A DNA stretch of 64,000 nucleotides from Candidatus Saccharicenans sp. (GCA_030018265.1 JASEFX010000007.1:1122-65121), one strand, 5' to 3'. Positions 50,541 to 61,409 are shown, counted from the stretch's first letter. Made by a program: numbers and translations. The notes: generated from the sequence alone by a model not told the origin.

Positions 50541-51274
50541 AACACAGTCTGCCGATAGTGGATTTTTTTAATTTCGTCCTTGGACGTCCGCTGGCCGCGC
50601 TGCTGGGGCTTCTGGGCTTTCAGGTTAAGGATCCGAAGCATCTTCTACCCGATTATCTGGTGATGGCCCTGCTTGTGGTCATAATCCTGTCAGTGCTGCT
50701 TTCTCTGGCCGGGCGCCGGGTCAAACTTGTTCCCGATAAAATGCAGGCGATGCTGGAAAGCCTGCTTGACTTTTTTGAAGGACTGATACTTGATACCATA
50801 GGAGAGCCCGGAAAAAAATATCTGCCGCTGGTGGCCACGGTCGGCCTTTTTATAATGACTTCCAACCTGCTGGGCCTGATTCCGGGCTTCATGTCTCCGA
50901 CCAGCAAGTTGAACGTTACTCTGGCCTGCGCCCTGGTGGTCTGGCTTTACTATCACTGGCAGGGCATCAAAAGCCAGGGGCTTCTCGGTTATCTTAAACA
51001 TTTCACCGGACCGAATCCGTTTCTGGCTCCGCTTCTGCTGCCGATTGAAATTATCAGCCATTTTTCCCGGCCGGTTTCCCTGTCAATGCGTCTTTTTGGA
51101 AATATTTTCTCAGAAGAGCTACTGATTCTGATTATCGCTTCGATCATTCCTTTTTTCCTTCCGCTGCCTTTCATGGCCATAGCCATTTTCACTTCTGTAA
51201 TTCAGGCCTACGTTTTTGTCCTGCTTACTTGCATTTATATAGCGGGGGCGATAGCCCACGAGGAAGAACATTAA
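50528..51274 (+). CDS. atpB: F0 ATP synthase subunit a
   Basis: NLLGLIPG, SPTS, RPVSLSMRLFGNI, IQAYVFVLL; ATG 50528. Confidence 0.96.
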   Translation: MEGLEHSLPIVDFFNFVLGRPLAALLGLLGFQVKDPKHLLPDYLVMALLVVIILSVLLSLAGRRVKLVPDKMQAMLESLLDFFEGLILDTIGEPGKKYLPLVATVGLFIMTSNLLGLIPGFMSPTSKLNVTLACALVVWLYYHWQGIKSQGLLGYLKHFTGPNPFLAPLLLPIEIISHFSRPVSLSMRLFGNIFSEELLILIIASIIPFFLPLPFMAIAIFTSVIQAYVFVLLTCIYIAGAIAHEEEH

Positions 51275-51292
51275 TGAAAAGGAGTGTTTGAG

Positions 51293-51628
51293 ATGTCCAA
51301 GAATAGTAAGGTTATCGGTCTTCTGGTTTTTATTCTGGCTCTTACTCTTGTTCCGTTGAACGCTCAGACGGTGGATCCCACCAGAGCCAGCCTGTTTAAA
51401 CTTTCGATTATTGTTGGTGCTGGTGTGATTACCTTAGCGGTCATCGCCGGCGCCTTCGGACAGGCCAAGGCTATTTCTTCAGCCTGCGAGAGCATCTCCC
51501 GCAACCCTGCAGCCGGCCAGTACATCAGAGGAATATTGATTTTTGGACTGGTGTTGATTGAAACTCTGGTTATATACGCTCTGCTGATCACCATCATAAT
51601 TCTCATGGTCAAGTGGGGTGCTTATTGA
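51293..51628 (+). CDS. atpE: F0 ATP synthase subunit c with signal-peptide-like N-terminal extension
   Basis: GAFGQ...ISRNP...LVLIETLVIYAL; AAGGAG RBS before ATG 51293. Confidence 0.93.
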   Translation: MSKNSKVIGLLVFILALTLVPLNAQTVDPTRASLFKLSIIVGAGVITLAVIAGAFGQAKAISSACESISRNPAAGQYIRGILIFGLVLIETLVIYALLITIIILMVKWGAY

Positions 51629-51654
51629 AAACCTCGGAGCCTTCAAAAAAATAG

Positions 51655-52569
51655 ATGGCTCGCCACTGGCTTAAAATACTGGCTGCTTCCTTCAGGCGGT
51701 TCAACGAAGATCGCTGCTGGACAGCCTCGATCGTTATATCCTATTTTTCTTTGCTCTGCCTGGTGCCTCTGGTTGCCCTTTTCTATTATCTTGGCGTCAG
51801 GATTCTGGGAAACTCAGAGGTTATCGTCCGCAGTCTGAACATTTTTACCGAAGAGTTTTTCGCCAGGATGGATCCACTGTTTTTCAAGAGGCTGCAGGCG
51901 CTCGGCAGCAACATCTCCAACCTCGGCTGGTTCGGCCTGCTCGGGTCGCTGGTGGCTGCTTCCTTTCTTTTTTCCAACCTGATTTCCGCCATCAATCAGA
52001 TATTCAGGGTGAAGCACAAGAGGTCATTCTTCTACAACCGGCTGATTGAGTACATGGTTATGATAGTTATCGGAGTGATCCTGCTGATTTCTATTTCCAT
52101 TACCGGACTCTGGATTGGGCTTCAGAAATTTCTGAGTGAAAAGCACATACTTTCAGAATACATCAATCCCCGCTGGATAACTGTGGTGAATAATTTTTTC
52201 TTTCAATATCTCCTTCCTTACGGACTGACTTTTCTTTTTCTATTTATCCTTTACAAGTGTATCCCGGAAACCAGAGTGCATACCCGAAGCGCTCTCCTGG
52301 GGGCGGCCGTAGCCGCTTTTTTCTGGGAACTATTTAAGAGGGGATTTGCCTTTTATGTGGTCCATATTTCAGCTGTCGGCATCGTGCTGTCGAAAATAAT
52401 GGCCGGCACGCTGACCTCGGTGATCTTTTTCCTGCTGTGGATCTCTTCTTCCCTGATTATCCTTCTCTGGGGAGCCGAGCTGGCAGCCGTGGTTAACGAC
52501 CATCTTGAAGCCCGGCTGGCTGCAGCCGGGAAAGAAAAAGAGGTTTCCACCGGCGAGGTTCAGGCCTGA
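51655..52569 (+). CDS. YihY/BrkB family membrane protein
   Basis: [43 protein letters not shown]. Confidence 0.88.
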   Translation: MARHWLKILAASFRRFNEDRCWTASIVISYFSLLCLVPLVALFYYLGVRILGNSEVIVRSLNIFTEEFFARMDPLFFKRLQALGSNISNLGWFGLLGSLVAASFLFSNLISAINQIFRVKHKRSFFYNRLIEYMVMIVIGVILLISISITGLWIGLQKFLSEKHILSEYINPRWITVVNNFFFQYLLPYGLTFLFLFILYKCIPETRVHTRSALLGAAVAAFFWELFKRGFAFYVVHISAVGIVLSKIMAGTLTSVIFFLLWISSSLIILLWGAELAAVVNDHLEARLAAAGKEKEVSTGEVQA

Positions 52570-52895
52570 GCCAGATGGCGGGAAATAAATTGTATCAGCT
52601 GGTTTTTCGGCAGCGCTCCGATGACTGAATCCACCGGCTGCCCGTTTTTGAAAATAATCAGGGTCGGGATGCTCATAATCTGATAGCGCGAGGAGACAGC
52701 CGGGTTTTCGTCAACGTTGACCTTGACCACTTTCAGTTGATGACGGTAAGTTTCTGCTATTTCCTCTATTGCCGGTGCCACCATCAGACAGGGTCCGCAC
52801 CAGGGAGCCCAGAAATCAACCAGAACAGGAAGGTTAGAATTTAGAACTTCCTCCTGAAATGTGGCGTCAGTGGCTTCCACCACGTTTTTGCTCAT
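52560..52895 (-). CDS. trxA: Thioredoxin
   Basis: [20 protein letters not shown]. Confidence 0.96.
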   Translation of the reverse strand: MSKNVVEATDATFQEEVLNSNLPVLVDFWAPWCGPCLMVAPAIEEIAETYRHQLKVVKVNVDENPAVSSRYQIMSIPTLIIFKNGQPVDSVIGALPKNQLIQFISRHLAQA

Positions 52896-54361
52896 TATGT
52901 TCCTCCAGTATGTAAGCTTATGGCCTTCTGGTAAAGAAGCCTGTATTTTCCTACCAGTCTGGACCAGGAATTATCAACCTGCAAACAGTTTCTTTGAAGT
53001 TTCTGCCAGATTTCCGGCTGCGAAAAAATTTCCAGAGCCTGGCCAGCACTCCGCTGCAGAGCTTCCTCAGAATAATCTTCAAAAACAAAGCCGGTGCCGG
53101 TGCCGTTTTCAGGGTCGAAAGGCTGTACCGATTCTCTGAGACCACCCGTGGCTCGCACCACCGGCACGGTGGCATAACGCAAGCCGTGCATTACGGTGAG
53201 ACCGCAGGGCTCTTCCAGAGAAGGCATCAGCAGAAAATCAGCTCCGGCAATCACCTGATGATAGAGGCTGGCGGTATATTCGGGACGGAAGCCGAACCGT
53301 CCGGGGTAGCGTTTCTGCATTTCGGCCAGCGCCTGTTCATATTTTTCTTCTCCCTGACCGGCAATTATCAGCTGAAATCCCCGGTCCAGCAAAGATTCTG
53401 TGGAATTTATGACCAGCTCTATGCCTTTCAGTCTGGTAAGATAACCTACCATGGCCAGCACGGGCAGGCGGCTATCCACTTCGAGTCGGAAGATTTTCTG
53501 AAGATGTCTCTTGCAGACCGCTTTGCCTGAAAGATCTTCCGGACTGAAATTCGCCGGCAGATAGGAATCGCGAGCCGGATTCCATTCCTCGTCGTCGATC
53601 CCGTTTCTCAGACTGTAAAGTGGCTTACTCCTTCTGGAAAAGAAAGAGCAGATTTCGCGGTGGTTGCTGAGCACTTCGTCGCGGTAGCTCCGGCTGACCG
53701 TGTTGACCACGTCAGCAAAAAGTATGCCGGCTTTGAGAAAGCTGAATTTCCCTTTGAAGGCCAGCTGGTGTGAGTTAAGATAGTTCCAGTCGAGCCCTGT
53801 CAGACTGAGCGATTCTGCCGGGAATTCTCCCTGATAACTGAAGTTATGGATAGTAAGAACGCAGGCCGTGCTGTTAAGAGATTTTTTCTTATGGAACACT
53901 GACTTCAGCAGCATCGGCACGAGGCTTGAGGCCCAGTTGTGGCAGTGGAGCACATCGAACTTCATCCGTCTGGAGGCGAGAAACTCGCACACTGCCCGGT
54001 TGAAAAAGATAAAACGCTCATCGTTGTCAGGATAATCTCCCTGGGGAGAGCCGTAGATGTAATCGCGGTGGAAATACTTCGGCTGGTCTATCAGGTAAAT
54101 AGTGTATCCGGATGAATCCGAACGCCAGATGGCCGCGGGAAGTTTTTTGTCGCCGATTGGCACCTGAAGGTCTTCCACCAGCAGTTCTCGTTTCAACGAA
54201 TCTATCTCCGGGCGGCGGTAGCTCGGCAGGAATACGCTGACCTGGTTACCAGACCTGGCCAGAAACCGGGCGAGGCCGGCGACAGCCTCGGCCAGTTCTC
54301 CGGACCTGGCCAGCGGGGAGAGTTCCGGAGTGATCAAAGCGATTTTCAGCCTGCCCTTCAT
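52895..54361 (-). CDS. glgA: Glycogen synthase (GT5) homolog with degenerate active-site motifs
   Basis: [24 protein letters not shown]...WNP..D, EPCGL, VRATGGL. Confidence 0.82.
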   Translation of the reverse strand: MKGRLKIALITPELSPLARSGELAEAVAGLARFLARSGNQVSVFLPSYRRPEIDSLKRELLVEDLQVPIGDKKLPAAIWRSDSSGYTIYLIDQPKYFHRDYIYGSPQGDYPDNDERFIFFNRAVCEFLASRRMKFDVLHCHNWASSLVPMLLKSVFHKKKSLNSTACVLTIHNFSYQGEFPAESLSLTGLDWNYLNSHQLAFKGKFSFLKAGILFADVVNTVSRSYRDEVLSNHREICSFFSRRSKPLYSLRNGIDDEEWNPARDSYLPANFSPEDLSGKAVCKRHLQKIFRLEVDSRLPVLAMVGYLTRLKGIELVINSTESLLDRGFQLIIAGQGEEKYEQALAEMQKRYPGRFGFRPEYTASLYHQVIAGADFLLMPSLEEPCGLTVMHGLRYATVPVVRATGGLRESVQPFDPENGTGTGFVFEDYSEEALQRSAGQALEIFSQPEIWQKLQRNCLQVDNSWSRLVGKYRLLYQKAISLHTGGT

Positions 54362-54502
54362 AAGAAAAAATGATAGCTGGCCGGAAGAAAAAAATCAATC
54401 TGCTGTAGTCCCTGAAGCTGTAGCCGGAAGTGACATTTCCCCAGGCATAAGAAAAGCGATTTTTTCTGGCGGCGAATACCGGAAGTGGTTTTTTGTGTCC
54501 GC

Positions 54503-55360
54503 TCACTCGGCCCAGCCGAGTTTTTCCTTCACCAGCTGGTAATAACTGCGCCAGGGGGATGTTACCAGTTTGAGGGTCAGGCTGGATTTTCTAACGGAGA
54601 TGATGGCGTTTTTAGGTATGACTTCTCCCCGCTGTCCGTCTATGGTAAGGTAGACCTTTTCTTCCTGAGTCAGCAGTTTTATGCTTATCTTGGAAGAGGC
54701 GGGCACCAGCAGCGGCCGGAACGACAGGGTGTGGGGACAGATCGGCGTCAGGATGATCGAGTCGATAGCTGGATGAACGATCGGTCCACCGGCTGAAAGA
54801 GAATAGGCAGTCGAGCCGGTGGGGCTCGATATGATGAGGCCATCCCCTTTCAACCTGGTCACTTCTTTGCCATCTATATAAATCATCAGCTCTATCATTC
54901 GTGCCAGCGCTGCTTTGTTCAGAACCACATCGTTGAGACATATGTCCTGAATATTCTGGTAGCTGATTTCGAGTAGAGTGCGCGCGCTGATAAATCCATT
55001 TCTGTCATTGAGGAAAGCATCCATGACCGGAAGAGCTTCGGCCACAGGGATTTCGGTTAAAAACCCCAGTCTTCCCAGGTTAATGCCGATGACGGGAATT
55101 CCCGCCCGGGCCGCCTGCGGGGCGATGCTCAGCAGAGTCCCGTCTCCGCCAAGAACTACCAGCGCCTGGCAGTTTTCCGGAACCTGATGACGTTCGGGAC
55201 CGCCCTCCAGACCGAGTTTTTCCGCTGCGATTTTTTCCAGAACTGGTTCTATCTCCCGCGCCTTCAGGAAGGCAATTATTTCCTTCAGTATACTTTCAAT
55301 TCCATGAGCGTGAGGTTTAATGATAATGCCCACCCTTTTAATTTTTTTCTCTGCGCTCAT
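54503..55360 (-). CDS. nadK: NAD(+) kinase
   Basis: LGGDGTLL, GINLGRLGFL, LNDVV, SPTGSTAYSLSAGGP. Confidence 0.96.
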   Translation of the reverse strand: MSAEKKIKRVGIIIKPHAHGIESILKEIIAFLKAREIEPVLEKIAAEKLGLEGGPERHQVPENCQALVVLGGDGTLLSIAPQAARAGIPVIGINLGRLGFLTEIPVAEALPVMDAFLNDRNGFISARTLLEISYQNIQDICLNDVVLNKAALARMIELMIYIDGKEVTRLKGDGLIISSPTGSTAYSLSAGGPIVHPAIDSIILTPICPHTLSFRPLLVPASSKISIKLLTQEEKVYLTIDGQRGEVIPKNAIISVRKSSLTLKLVTSPWRSYYQLVKEKLGWAE

Positions 55361-56138
55361 CTTCGACTGTCTCCTGAATCTTTCTTTTTAATTCTTCCTG
55401 GCTCCAGCTCTCCGAGTTAATTCCCAGCCAGGCTAAAAATTCCTGGTTTCCTTTCTGTCCGACTGTCTCGCAGGCCAGAAGTCCCTTCACCGCAAAACCT
55501 GTCTGCAGACAGCCGGTCAGCACTTTTTCCAGAACTTCCCGGTGAATCCGGCTGTCCCTGATTATACCTTTTTTCCCTACCTGATGGCGACCGGCTTCAA
55601 ACTGGGGCTTGATCAGCACAAGCAGGTCCCCCGAATCCATAACTCTGCGCACAGCGGGAAGTATCTTAAGGACAGAAATGAAAGAAACATCAACGGTGAC
55701 TATATCCGGTTTTTCCGGCAGGTCCTCAGGTTGCAGATACCGGGCATTTTTCTCTATCGTTATGACCCTCTGGTCCTGAAGCAGCTTCCAGTCGAGCTGT
55801 TTAATGTTAACATCCAGAGCATACACGCGGCGAGCTCCGGCCTGAAGCAGGCAGTCGGTAAAACCTCCGGTCGAGCAGCCAATATCCAGAGCTATTTTAT
55901 CTCTGACTTCAATACCGAAGTGCTTGAGACCCTGTTCGAGTTTGGTTCCTGCCCGGCTGACATAGGGCAGGGGGCTGAGGATGGAAATTTCTGCTTCAGG
56001 AGAAACCAGCTGGCCGGGTTTGCAGGCGGGGCAGCTGTCGACCAGGACCTGACCGGCCAGGATTAGCGCCTGAGCCTTTTCCCGGCTGGGAGCCAGGCTC
56101 CGCTGAAGAAGCAGCTGGTCCAGACGAATCTTTTTCAT
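55338..56138 (-). CDS. tlyA: TlyA family rRNA methyltransferase
   Basis: S4 domain RLDQLL, YVSRAGTKL, DIGCSTGGFTD, DVSFIS, IKPQFE. Confidence 0.95.
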   Translation of the reverse strand: MKKIRLDQLLLQRSLAPSREKAQALILAGQVLVDSCPACKPGQLVSPEAEISILSPLPYVSRAGTKLEQGLKHFGIEVRDKIALDIGCSTGGFTDCLLQAGARRVYALDVNIKQLDWKLLQDQRVITIEKNARYLQPEDLPEKPDIVTVDVSFISVLKILPAVRRVMDSGDLLVLIKPQFEAGRHQVGKKGIIRDSRIHREVLEKVLTGCLQTGFAVKGLLACETVGQKGNQEFLAWLGINSESWSQEELKRKIQETVEDERREKN

Positions 56139-56150
56139 CCCGGTCGAAAA

Positions 56151-58040
56151 TTATAGAAGGTTATACTTTCGATAAAATTCTTTGATCGAGGAGGTCAGGC
56201 TTCCGGCATCCAGCCCGAGCAGCCTTCGTATTTCCTCAGGCTGTCCGGCAGGATAAATTTCCGGCGGAATACCGAAGCGCTTAAACAACGGGTGGAAAAT
56301 CTCATGACGGTCGAGCATCTCCCTGACGGCGCTGCCAAAGCCGCCATCGAGCACGCCTTCTTCCAGGGTGAATATAGCTCTGGCTTTCCGGGCAAGTTGA
56401 GTCAGAAGGGTTTCATCCAGCGGTCTGGCAAACCGGGCGTTAACCACCGCCAGGGAAATACCTTCTTCCTCCAGCCGGCTGGCTACCTCGATGGCTATCG
56501 AAACCATATGGCCGTAAGCAATCAGCAGGTCCGTTCCGGATTTCAGGAGTTCTGCCTGCCCTGGCGGGATAAAGCGAAATTCTTTATCCAGCGGCACGCC
56601 GTATCCGTAACCCTTGGGGAAGCGTATGGCTACCGGGTGTCCGTATTGAAAAGCGGAATAAAGCATGTGCCGGAGCTCGTTTTCATCCCGGGGGGCCATC
56701 AGGATGATGTTAGGCAGGTGCCTGAGATAAGCGATGTCGTTTGTCCCCTGATGAGTTGGTCCATCCTCGCCGACTATGCCTGCCCGGTCCAGCGCGAAGA
56801 CCACCGGCAGGTCCATCAAACAAACTTCGTGAAAGATCTGGTCGTATGCTCTCTGCAGGAAGGTTGAATAGATGGCCACCACCGGTTTAAGCCCGGAAAT
56901 GGCCAGCCCTGCGGCGAAATTTACCGCGTGCTGTTCGGCGATGCCCACATCGAAGAAGCGGTCAGGGTTTTCGGCCGCAAATCTGTTGAGGCCGGTGCCG
57001 TCGGTCATCGCTGCGGTGACAGCAATTATTTTTTTATCCTGGCGGCCGAGCTCGGCTATGGTTTCCCCGAAGACCTGGCTGTAAGTCGGCCGTTCATCCC
57101 GATGTTTTGGTTGGCCGGTAGTGATATCAAAAGGAGGAGCGCTGTGAAATTTTTCCGGGTTCATCTGGGCCGGGCGGTAACCTTTGCCCTTCCTGGTAAC
57201 GCAATGAACCAGGATCGGGCCCTGATGATTCCTGACGCTTTCAAAGGCTTCAATCAGACTGTAAAGGTTGTGTCCGTGAATCGGGCCGAGATATCGTATA
57301 CCCAGCTGTTCAAAAAACAGGCCGGGGAAGAAGGTCTTCAGGATAATGCCCTCGGCAGCCCGGGCGAGCTTTATCAGTGGCCAGCCAATTTTCGGGATCG
57401 ACCTCAGGACTGATTTCGCCTGTTCCTTTATTCTCAAATATGGCTGTCCGGAAACCAGAAAGGAAAGGTATCGCGAAAGCGCCCCGACGTTGGGAGAGAT
57501 GCTCATTTCGTTGTAATTCAGAACGATGATCAATCTCTCTCTGAGATGTCCGATCTGGTTAAGCGCTTCGTAAGCCACGCCTCCGGTGAGGCTGCCGTCT
57601 CCCACCACCGCCACCACGTTGTAGTTCTCGTTATTGCGATCGCGGGCCACGGCCAGACCGAGAGCCGCAGAGAGAGCGGTGGAAGCGTGGCCGGTGTTGT
57701 AAACATCATGTTCGCTTTCTTCCCGGCTCGGGTAACCCAGAATACCCTGAAACTGGCGGAGCCGGGAAAAATCCTTCTGGCGGCCGGTTATGAGCTTATG
57801 AGTGTAACATTGATGGCCAACATCCCATATGATCTTGTCCCGTGGCGAATCGAACACATAATGGAGGGCCAGAGTGAGTTCCACGACTCCCAGGTTGGAG
57901 GCCAGATGCCCGCCCGTGCGGGAAACCGTTTCTATTATCCTGGCCCTGATTTCTGCTGCCAGCTGCTGCAGCTCGTTGAGCGACAGTTTTTTTAAGTCCT
58001 GCGGACTGTTAATTCCGGGAAGTATTTTTTCGGGGCTCAT
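56151..58040 (-). CDS. dxs: 1-deoxy-D-xylulose-5-phosphate synthase
   Basis: GGHLASNLG, WDVGHQ, GDGSLTGG, DVGIAEQHA, DGPTHQG; ATG 58040 overlaps the ispA stop. Confidence 0.97.
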   Translation of the reverse strand: MSPEKILPGINSPQDLKKLSLNELQQLAAEIRARIIETVSRTGGHLASNLGVVELTLALHYVFDSPRDKIIWDVGHQCYTHKLITGRQKDFSRLRQFQGILGYPSREESEHDVYNTGHASTALSAALGLAVARDRNNENYNVVAVVGDGSLTGGVAYEALNQIGHLRERLIIVLNYNEMSISPNVGALSRYLSFLVSGQPYLRIKEQAKSVLRSIPKIGWPLIKLARAAEGIILKTFFPGLFFEQLGIRYLGPIHGHNLYSLIEAFESVRNHQGPILVHCVTRKGKGYRPAQMNPEKFHSAPPFDITTGQPKHRDERPTYSQVFGETIAELGRQDKKIIAVTAAMTDGTGLNRFAAENPDRFFDVGIAEQHAVNFAAGLAISGLKPVVAIYSTFLQRAYDQIFHEVCLMDLPVVFALDRAGIVGEDGPTHQGTNDIAYLRHLPNIILMAPRDENELRHMLYSAFQYGHPVAIRFPKGYGYGVPLDKEFRFIPPGQAELLKSGTDLLIAYGHMVSIAIEVASRLEEEGISLAVVNARFARPLDETLLTQLARKARAIFTLEEGVLDGGFGSAVREMLDRHEIFHPLFKRFGIPPEIYPAGQPEEIRRLLGLDAGSLTSSIKEFYRKYNLL

Positions 58041-58906
58041 CGGGAAGTTTCTCCGTGCTGGCTGATCATGTCTACAAAATAAAATAACACTCCGGATTCG
58101 ATGCCTGAGTTCTTCAAAGACTGCCTGGCTTCCTCCAGCCATTGCGAAAGAAGTTGCAGTGAGTTTTTTTCTCCGGTGGCTCGAGCCAGGTTCGGCCGGA
58201 AAGGCTTTCCTTCAATTTGATCCTGCTTGAGATCTTCCAGGTCATCCCGGAGCTGGAAGGCCAGCCCCAGGAAGATGCCGAATCTGTTAAGCTGGTTGAT
58301 GACTTCCTCCGGAGCTCCGGCCAGCGCGGCGCCGCTTACCGCAGAAACTCTGATCAAACCGGCGGTCTTTTTCAGAAACATTTCCTGGAATGAGTGAAGC
58401 TCTTTATTTTCCGGGTTGAAGCTGATGTCGAGCCACTGACCGGCAATCATTCCGGAAGGACCGGCGGCTCTGGCTATTTCTGCCACCACCCAATTTTTTG
58501 CCGGATGATTGTTGTTCGGGGCCGGCGCTCCGGCCAGGATTTCGAAAGCGAGCGTGAGCAGCGCGTCGCCAGCCAGAAGAGCTAGGGCTTCGCCGAACTT
58601 CCTGTGGCAGGTGGGCTGTCCGCGGCGGAAGTCGTCGTTGTCCATCAAAGGAAGGTCGTCGTGGACGAGCGAATAATTATGGATTAATTCCACAGCGCAG
58701 GCATAAGGCAGAAGGAGTTCTTCCGGCGCTCCGAACTGTTCTCCGCTGGCCAGAAGGAGCAACGGGCGGAATCTCTTTCCACCGGAGAGTACCGAATAGC
58801 GCATGGCTTCGAACACGGGTGAATTCTCAGCTGAGAGGTAGGCAGCGAGTTCTTTCTCCAGCCGGTTTTTTTTCTGCTCTAAATAAAGTTCAGGATGAAT
58901 ACTCAT
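58037..58906 (-). CDS. ispA: Polyprenyl (farnesyl/geranylgeranyl) diphosphate synthase
   Basis: GGKRFRP, SLVHDDLPLMDNDDFRRG, KT, FQLRDD. Confidence 0.93.
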   Translation of the reverse strand: MSIHPELYLEQKKNRLEKELAAYLSAENSPVFEAMRYSVLSGGKRFRPLLLLASGEQFGAPEELLLPYACAVELIHNYSLVHDDLPLMDNDDFRRGQPTCHRKFGEALALLAGDALLTLAFEILAGAPAPNNNHPAKNWVVAEIARAAGPSGMIAGQWLDISFNPENKELHSFQEMFLKKTAGLIRVSAVSGAALAGAPEEVINQLNRFGIFLGLAFQLRDDLEDLKQDQIEGKPFRPNLARATGEKNSLQLLSQWLEEARQSLKNSGIESGVLFYFVDMISQHGETSR

Positions 58907-58934
58907 TTTAAGAAATCAGGTTAGTTTCTGGCTT

Positions 58935-59243
58935 TTATTCTTCCTCTTCTTCGTCCTCTTCTTCCTCTTCCATCTCTTCCTCCGCTTCCAGCGCGGAAGC
59001 GGTGTATTCCTCAGGGTTGAAATCGCGCGCTTCCATTTCTCCCTTTTCGTTTTTGAGGAGAATTTCTACCTTTTTTTCTGCCCGGTCAAGTTCGGCTCTT
59101 AAAAATCTGGTCAATTTAATCCCTTTTTCAAAAAGCGCCAGCGATTCGTTCAGAGTCAGGTTTCCCCGATCAAGTTGATTGACAATCTGTTCGAGTTCAG
59201 CCAGCGCCTTTTCAAAATTCAACTCTTTGCTTTTCGTGCTCAT
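58935..59243 (-). CDS. xseB: Exodeoxyribonuclease VII small subunit with acidic tail
   Basis: FEKALAELEQIV...LNESLALFEKG...AEKKVEIL. Confidence 0.93.
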   Translation of the reverse strand: MSTKSKELNFEKALAELEQIVNQLDRGNLTLNESLALFEKGIKLTRFLRAELDRAEKKVEILLKNEKGEMEARDFNPEEYTASALEAEEEMEEEEEDEEEEE

Positions 59244-60613
59244 TCTGTCTCCTTGATGAATTTTGATTCAATTTTAGCTGTCGGGTCAACATTGAGAACC
59301 CGGCAGTTGAGTTCTCCGCGGTAAAAAGAAACCAGAATATCTTCCCCCGGTTGAACTTCAGAAGCCTTTTGCAGCGGAAGCAGACCACCAGATTTCCAGC
59401 AAATGGTGTATCCTTTCTTCATCACGCTGAGGGGCGACAGGGTGTTGAGAGCCGAGGAAAGTTGCTTCCAGGTGGACTCGAGTGAGTTCAAGCGCAGACG
59501 TATGCAGTGTTCCATCTGCTGCGATAACTGCTGGTTCCGGTTTTTCAGGTCCGAAAGCCGTTTTCTCATCCGATGGATCGCCGTCCAGGCGCGGTAGTTA
59601 AGTCCGTCAACAGTCTGGTGCAGGGTGTTCAAGTTGTAACGGAAATGTTTGACAATGTTTTTTTCGGAAAGGCTTTCTATGCGGTTTTTCAGAGTTTCCA
59701 CCAGGTGTTTTTGATTCTGATGGAGGCGGATGAAAAGATTTTTAATTTTTTCCCGGAATTCTTCTTCCCGGGCGACCACCATTTCCGCCGCCGCTGAGGG
59801 AGTCGAGGCTCTGATGTCAGCCACAAAGTCGGCGATGGTAAAGTCGATTTCGTGGCCGACAGCTGAGATTACCGGTTTGGTCTTCATGCAGTTGAAAATG
59901 GCCCGGGCCACCAGTTCTTCGTTGAAAGCCCAGAGGTCTTCCAGCGAACCGCCGCCGCGGGCGACGATGACCACGTCTATGTCATCCCTACGGCTGAAAT
60001 ATTCCAGACCTTCAGCTATATTTCTGGCGGCTCCATCTCCCTGAACCAGAGATGGATAGATCACGATGTGCAGCCGGTTGAAACGGCGCTCTATCACCCG
60101 GAGTATGTCGCGAATGGCCGCTCCCGTAGGAGAAGTGACGATGCCTATTTTCTTCGGAAGCAGAGGAAGTTTTTTCTTGTGTTTCGGGTCGAACAGCCCC
60201 TCGGCCTGGAGTCTGGCTTTTAACTGCTCAAAAGCGATCTGCAGCGCGCCCTTGCCAACTGGCTCCAGCTTTTCCACCACCAGCTGGTATTCGCCGCCCT
60301 TTTCATAGACGGTAAGGCGACCCCCGCAGATCACCTTAATCCCGTTCTTGAGCTCAAAGGAAGCGGTCAGGTGGTTCTTTCTGAGCTCGAACTGGATACG
60401 GCTGGCGTTGCCACGGAACATCACGGCTCTGAGCTGGGCGTATTCATCTTTCAGAGTGAAATAAAAATGTCCGGAAGAAGGGGAGCGCAGGTTAGAAATC
60501 TCGCCTTCAACCCAGACGAAAGGAAAAGATGATTCCAGCTCCAGCCGGACCAGCCGGGTGAGTTCGCTGACGGTATAAATTTTATCCTGAATGATCAGGT
60601 CTTCATTCTTCAC
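59240..60613 (-). CDS. xseA: Exodeoxyribonuclease VII large subunit
   Basis: WVEGEISN, SGHFYFTLKD, RGGGSLEDLWAFN, SAVGHEID, TPSAAAE. Confidence 0.96.
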   Translation of the reverse strand: MKNEDLIIQDKIYTVSELTRLVRLELESSFPFVWVEGEISNLRSPSSGHFYFTLKDEYAQLRAVMFRGNASRIQFELRKNHLTASFELKNGIKVICGGRLTVYEKGGEYQLVVEKLEPVGKGALQIAFEQLKARLQAEGLFDPKHKKKLPLLPKKIGIVTSPTGAAIRDILRVIERRFNRLHIVIYPSLVQGDGAARNIAEGLEYFSRRDDIDVVIVARGGGSLEDLWAFNEELVARAIFNCMKTKPVISAVGHEIDFTIADFVADIRASTPSAAAEMVVAREEEFREKIKNLFIRLHQNQKHLVETLKNRIESLSEKNIVKHFRYNLNTLHQTVDGLNYRAWTAIHRMRKRLSDLKNRNQQLSQQMEHCIRLRLNSLESTWKQLSSALNTLSPLSVMKKGYTICWKSGGLLPLQKASEVQPGEDILVSFYRGELNCRVLNVDPTAKIESKFIKETE

Positions 60614-61409
60614 GGCTGTGTTCCTCGACCAGAAGCTCCCGTTTTATTGATAATGCTTTTCCGGTGGTAGGGTCAATAGAGATGTACACAGCGCTCAGCA
60701 TCAGGCCGTCAGCCGAGGGCTCAAAACGCTGCGGCCTTGAAGTCAGGAAGCGCTGCAGCGCCTGTTCCGGTTTCATTCCGATGATCGAATTAAACCCGCC
60801 GCACATCCCGGCATCGGTCAGATAGGCAGTTCCTCCTGGCAGTATTCTTTCGTCGGCTGTGGGCACGTGGGTGTGCGTTCCGATCACTGCTGATACCCGA
60901 CCGTTCAGGTACCAGCCCAGAGCCTGTTTTTCCGAGGTGGCTTCAGCGTGAAAATCTATTATAACGATCGGAGTGATCGGAATAATTTCCTCGAGCAGGC
61001 GGTCGGCCGTAAGGAAAGGGCAGTCGATCGGTTCCATGAATACCCGCCCCTGAAGATTGATGACGGCCGCTTTAAGCCCGTGTTCGTTCTGGTAGATATA
61101 ATAACCGCGTCCGGGATTGCTGGCCGGGTAGTTGGCCGGTCGCAGCAGGCGGGATTCCTTTTCCAGGTAATTGAGAACTTCTTTTTTGTCCCAGATATGG
61201 TTGCCGGAGGTCAGAACATCAACCTGAAAGAACAGTTCCTTGCCGATTTCTTCGGTCAGTCCATTCCCGCCAGCGGCATTTTCTCCGTTGGCCACCACCA
61301 GGTCTGGCTGATATTTTTTGCGAAGCTCGGGCAAAAACCTGGCCAGCGCCCGGCGGCCGGGTCGACCGATGAGGTCACCGATAAAAAGCACTCCGAATTT
61401 ATCTGGCAT
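60603..61409 (-). CDS. ymdB: YmdB-family metallophosphoesterase
   Basis: [35 protein letters not shown]. Confidence 0.93.
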   Translation of the reverse strand: MPDKFGVLFIGDLIGRPGRRALARFLPELRKKYQPDLVVANGENAAGGNGLTEEIGKELFFQVDVLTSGNHIWDKKEVLNYLEKESRLLRPANYPASNPGRGYYIYQNEHGLKAAVINLQGRVFMEPIDCPFLTADRLLEEIIPITPIVIIDFHAEATSEKQALGWYLNGRVSAVIGTHTHVPTADERILPGGTAYLTDAGMCGGFNSIIGMKPEQALQRFLTSRPQRFEPSADGLMLSAVYISIDPTTGKALSIKRELLVEEHSREE

